In this document: in pieces, positions 63,172 to 64,000 of the stretch
Numbering within the stretch: the first letter of the stretch is position 1
Layout: each line of letters opens with the position of its first letter
NCBI RefSeq assembly: GCF_964204645.1
Contig: NC_134029.1
Coordinates: 248,001 to 312,000 of the forward strand
Direction of reading: 5' to 3'
Source: Tubulanus polymorphus
Taxonomy: Eukaryota > Animalia > Nemertea
Length of the DNA stretch: 64,000 nucleotides
The notes under the pieces: model-generated
What the model was told of the DNA's origin: nothing
The model's input: only the letters and a program-made list of their open reading frames with translations
The model's database searches: none
Position numbers and translations under genes: made by a program

Positions 63172-63968
63172 AACTGGATCTGAGAGATTGAACTGACGAC
63201 TGTGGAGCTGGATCTGAGAGATTGAACTGACGACTGTGGAGCTGGATCTGAGAGATTGAACTGACGACTGTGGAGCTGGATCTGAGAGATTGAACTGACG
63301 ACTGTGGAGCTGGATCTGAGAGATTGAACTGACGACTGTGGAGCTGGATCTGAGAGATTGAACTGACGACTGTGGAGCTGGATCTGAGAGATTGAACTGA
63401 CGACTGTGGAGCTGGATCTGAGAGATTGAACTGACGACTGTGGAGCTGGATCTGAGAGATTGAACTGACGACTGTGGAGCTGGATCTGAGAGATTGAACT
63501 GACGACTGTGGAGCTGGATGTGGAAGATTGAACTGACGACTGTGGAGCTGGATCTGAGAGATTGAACTGACGACTGTGGAGCTGGATCTGAGAGATTGAA
63601 CTGACGACTGTGGAGCTGGATCTGAGAGATTGAACTGACGACTGTGGAGCTGGATCTGAGAGATTGAACTGACGACTGTGGAGCTGGATGTGGAAGATTG
63701 AACTGACGACTGTGGAGCTGGATCTGAGAGATTGAACTGACGACTGTGGAGCTGGATCTGAGAGATTGAACTGACGACTGTGGAGCTGGATGTGGAAGAT
63801 TGAACTGACGACTGTGGAGCTGGATCTGAGAGATTGAACTGACGACTGTGGAGCTGGATCTGAGAGATTGAACTGACGACTGTGGAGCTGGATCTGAGAG
63901 ATTGAACTGACGACTGTGGAGCTGGATCTGAGAGATTGAACTGACGACTGTGGAGCTGGATGTGGAAG
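63172..63968. repeat. 34-bp minisatellite (gaactgacgactgtggagctggatctgagagatt), ~23 copies
   Basis: Near-perfect tandem array; the unit contains actgtggagctggatc, resembling the right TIR of the MITE family. Confidence 0.96.
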
Positions 63969-64000
63969 AACGAATGATAAACTAATTTTGAGTCAAATCT

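Noticed and set aside
63172-63968. Hammerhead array suggested by CTGACGA in each unit
   Set aside because: No GAAA box; the unit is better explained by the MITE terminus.

Overview
Gene-dense genomic DNA from a bilaterian invertebrate (GT-AG introns, AT-rich introns; lophotrochozoan-like by inference only). Genes in order: (1) a complete 17-coding-exon Fat/FAT4 protocadherin (+, 2318-29804, 4989 aa by my exon assembly); (2) an intronless PRMT5 (-, 38586-40480) whose frame is broken only by an exact 8-bp tandem duplication at the TIM-barrel/methyltransferase boundary; (3) PRCC (-) and PPCDC (+), head-to-head with 200 bp between their start codons; (4) a single-coding-exon LicD/fukutin-family gene (+); (5) the 5' part of an alpha-2-macroglobulin/TEP gene with an intact GCGEQ thioester motif, running off the right end. 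The most unusual non-coding structure is a ~5.5-kb composite array (32190-37656) between the convergent 3' ends of Fat4 and PRMT5. It is built from ~77-bp tRNA-like (A-box/B-box) monomers, has an inverted block at its left end, and is punctuated by seven length-invariant 178-bp hairpin cassettes (71-bp arms) whose ends are related to two free inverted-repeat elements in the window. Introns carry many minisatellites and MITEs (Harbinger-like, hAT-like, piggyBac-like). Many start just downstream of splice donors, and several minisatellites appear to be amplified MITE termini. All calls come from manual reading; no database searches were run.
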